Shown in pieces: positions 63,113-64,000 of a stretch of DNA of 64,000 nucleotides. The translations under genes were made by a program, and so were the position numbers. How positions within the stretch are numbered: position 1 is the stretch's first letter; each line of letters starts with the position of its first letter. The stretch covers positions 159,038,691 to 159,102,690 of the forward strand of contig NC_052158.1 in NCBI RefSeq assembly GCF_902713615.1, in the 5' to 3' direction. The notes beneath the pieces were generated by a model. It did not search any database and had not been told where the DNA came from. It was given only the letters and a program-made list of their open reading frames with translations. The stretch is from Scyliorhinus canicula (lineage: Eukaryota).

Positions 63113-63522
63113 ATAACTTAATCAAGACGCCTAATAATGTTGAGCACCTCTATCAAACCTCCCCTAGCCTTTCCTGTCCTGAAGGAGAGTGACTATGATA
63201 TTTTAGAAGGATTGTTAGATCTGAAACGTTAACTCAGTTACTCTCCACAGATGCCGCCCGACCTGCTGAATCTATCGAGCATTGCCTGCTTTTATTTCCG
63301 AGTTTTCCTTGTCTCACCGAATTGCCCATCATGAAAGGGTTCAATAACTGAATGGATCAAAGGAAGACGGCAGAAGGGAAGAAAAGAGGAAGGAAGCATG
63401 ACATGACAAGAACTACCCAAAAATAAGAATCTGCCATCCAAACATTAAGTTTTCTTTAGGATAGATTCCACCCCAGAGCAGAGTATTGCCAAATGCAATG
63501 ATCAAAAATTACTGTTACTCAC

Positions 63523-63737
63523 TCCACACAGCGCATTGGTTGAGGTTTCGATCGGAATAAATAATAATCCGGCGCTGTTCTTAAATGTATCGGGAATAAA
63601 CCGCCCAGGATGACGTCTCCATCCTGAATCATTCCAGGGTTGAACATTTCCCGAAGTTCACATGTCTCATCAACGAAGGAGTCGACCATCTGGATTGGGA
63701 TCAGTAACAAAACGCTCCAAATGGAATGAAGTGACAT
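63523..63737 (-). CDS. V2R/OlfC-like gene C, exon 1
   Basis: 215 nt; signal peptide, GDVILGGLFPIH, PQPMRC; GTGAGT donor at 63522. Confidence 0.93.
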
Positions 63738-63853
63738 CAGGAAAACATAAAGATTTTCTCAGGAGTCACTGGGAAGAACGTTTCGAATCACCGTGACCGT
63801 GCTCTGCTGCAAGCAGCCCGCTGTACGGGGAGTATTTAACCTTCAGAAGACAG

Positions 63854-63863
63854 TCCCAAGAGA
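63854..63863. promoter_or_regulatory. Candidate O/E (EBF/Olf-1) site upstream of gene C
   Basis: TCCCAAGAGA matches TCCCNNGGGA at all but one position; about 120 nt upstream of the ATG, next to TTAAATA (63839-63833). Confidence 0.35.
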
Positions 63864-64000
63864 TTTCAAACTCAAACCTCGCTGACGCGTATTCGCTGTC
63901 AGATCAGAGAGGCTCGCAGGTGATGTTTTCCAACACTCGGGGCTGTTGTGCCCCTGACATTTTCCTTAGTTTAAGTTTGCACACCGAAGAACTCTAACCA

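Overview
Eukaryotic, repeat-dense DNA, most likely from a cartilaginous fish (inferred from shark-type V-SINE/CR1 repeats and the receptor sequences). It holds part of a V2R/OlfC (class C GPCR, vomeronasal type-2-like) chemoreceptor cluster. Gene A (minus strand) has only exons 1-2 in the window. Gene B (plus, 22716-30219, 6 exons, 865 aa) and gene C (minus, 63737-52705, 6 exons, 869 aa) are complete, with GT-AG junctions and intact reading frames worked out by hand. The 17.6-kb A-B and 22.5-kb B-C spacers and the large introns are stacks of decayed, nested transposons: CR1, L1/Tx1 and Rex1/Babar LINEs, several tRNA-SINEs, PIF/Harbinger, a Gmr1-type LTR element, a solo LTR and Penelope-like elements. 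Most other ORFs in the track are TE debris or antisense shadows. Main observations: (1) Penelope termini carry minimal hammerhead ribozyme motifs, and four independent fold-back insertions with 10-15 bp TSDs share one architecture; (2) a second, older hammerhead-relic family sits in the receptor introns; (3) a 467-bp, ~97% identical tract in the transmembrane exons of the otherwise diverged genes B and C suggests gene conversion; (4) SINE heads and tails are shuffled to match different LINE partners. Repeat boundaries are approximate unless a TSD is given.
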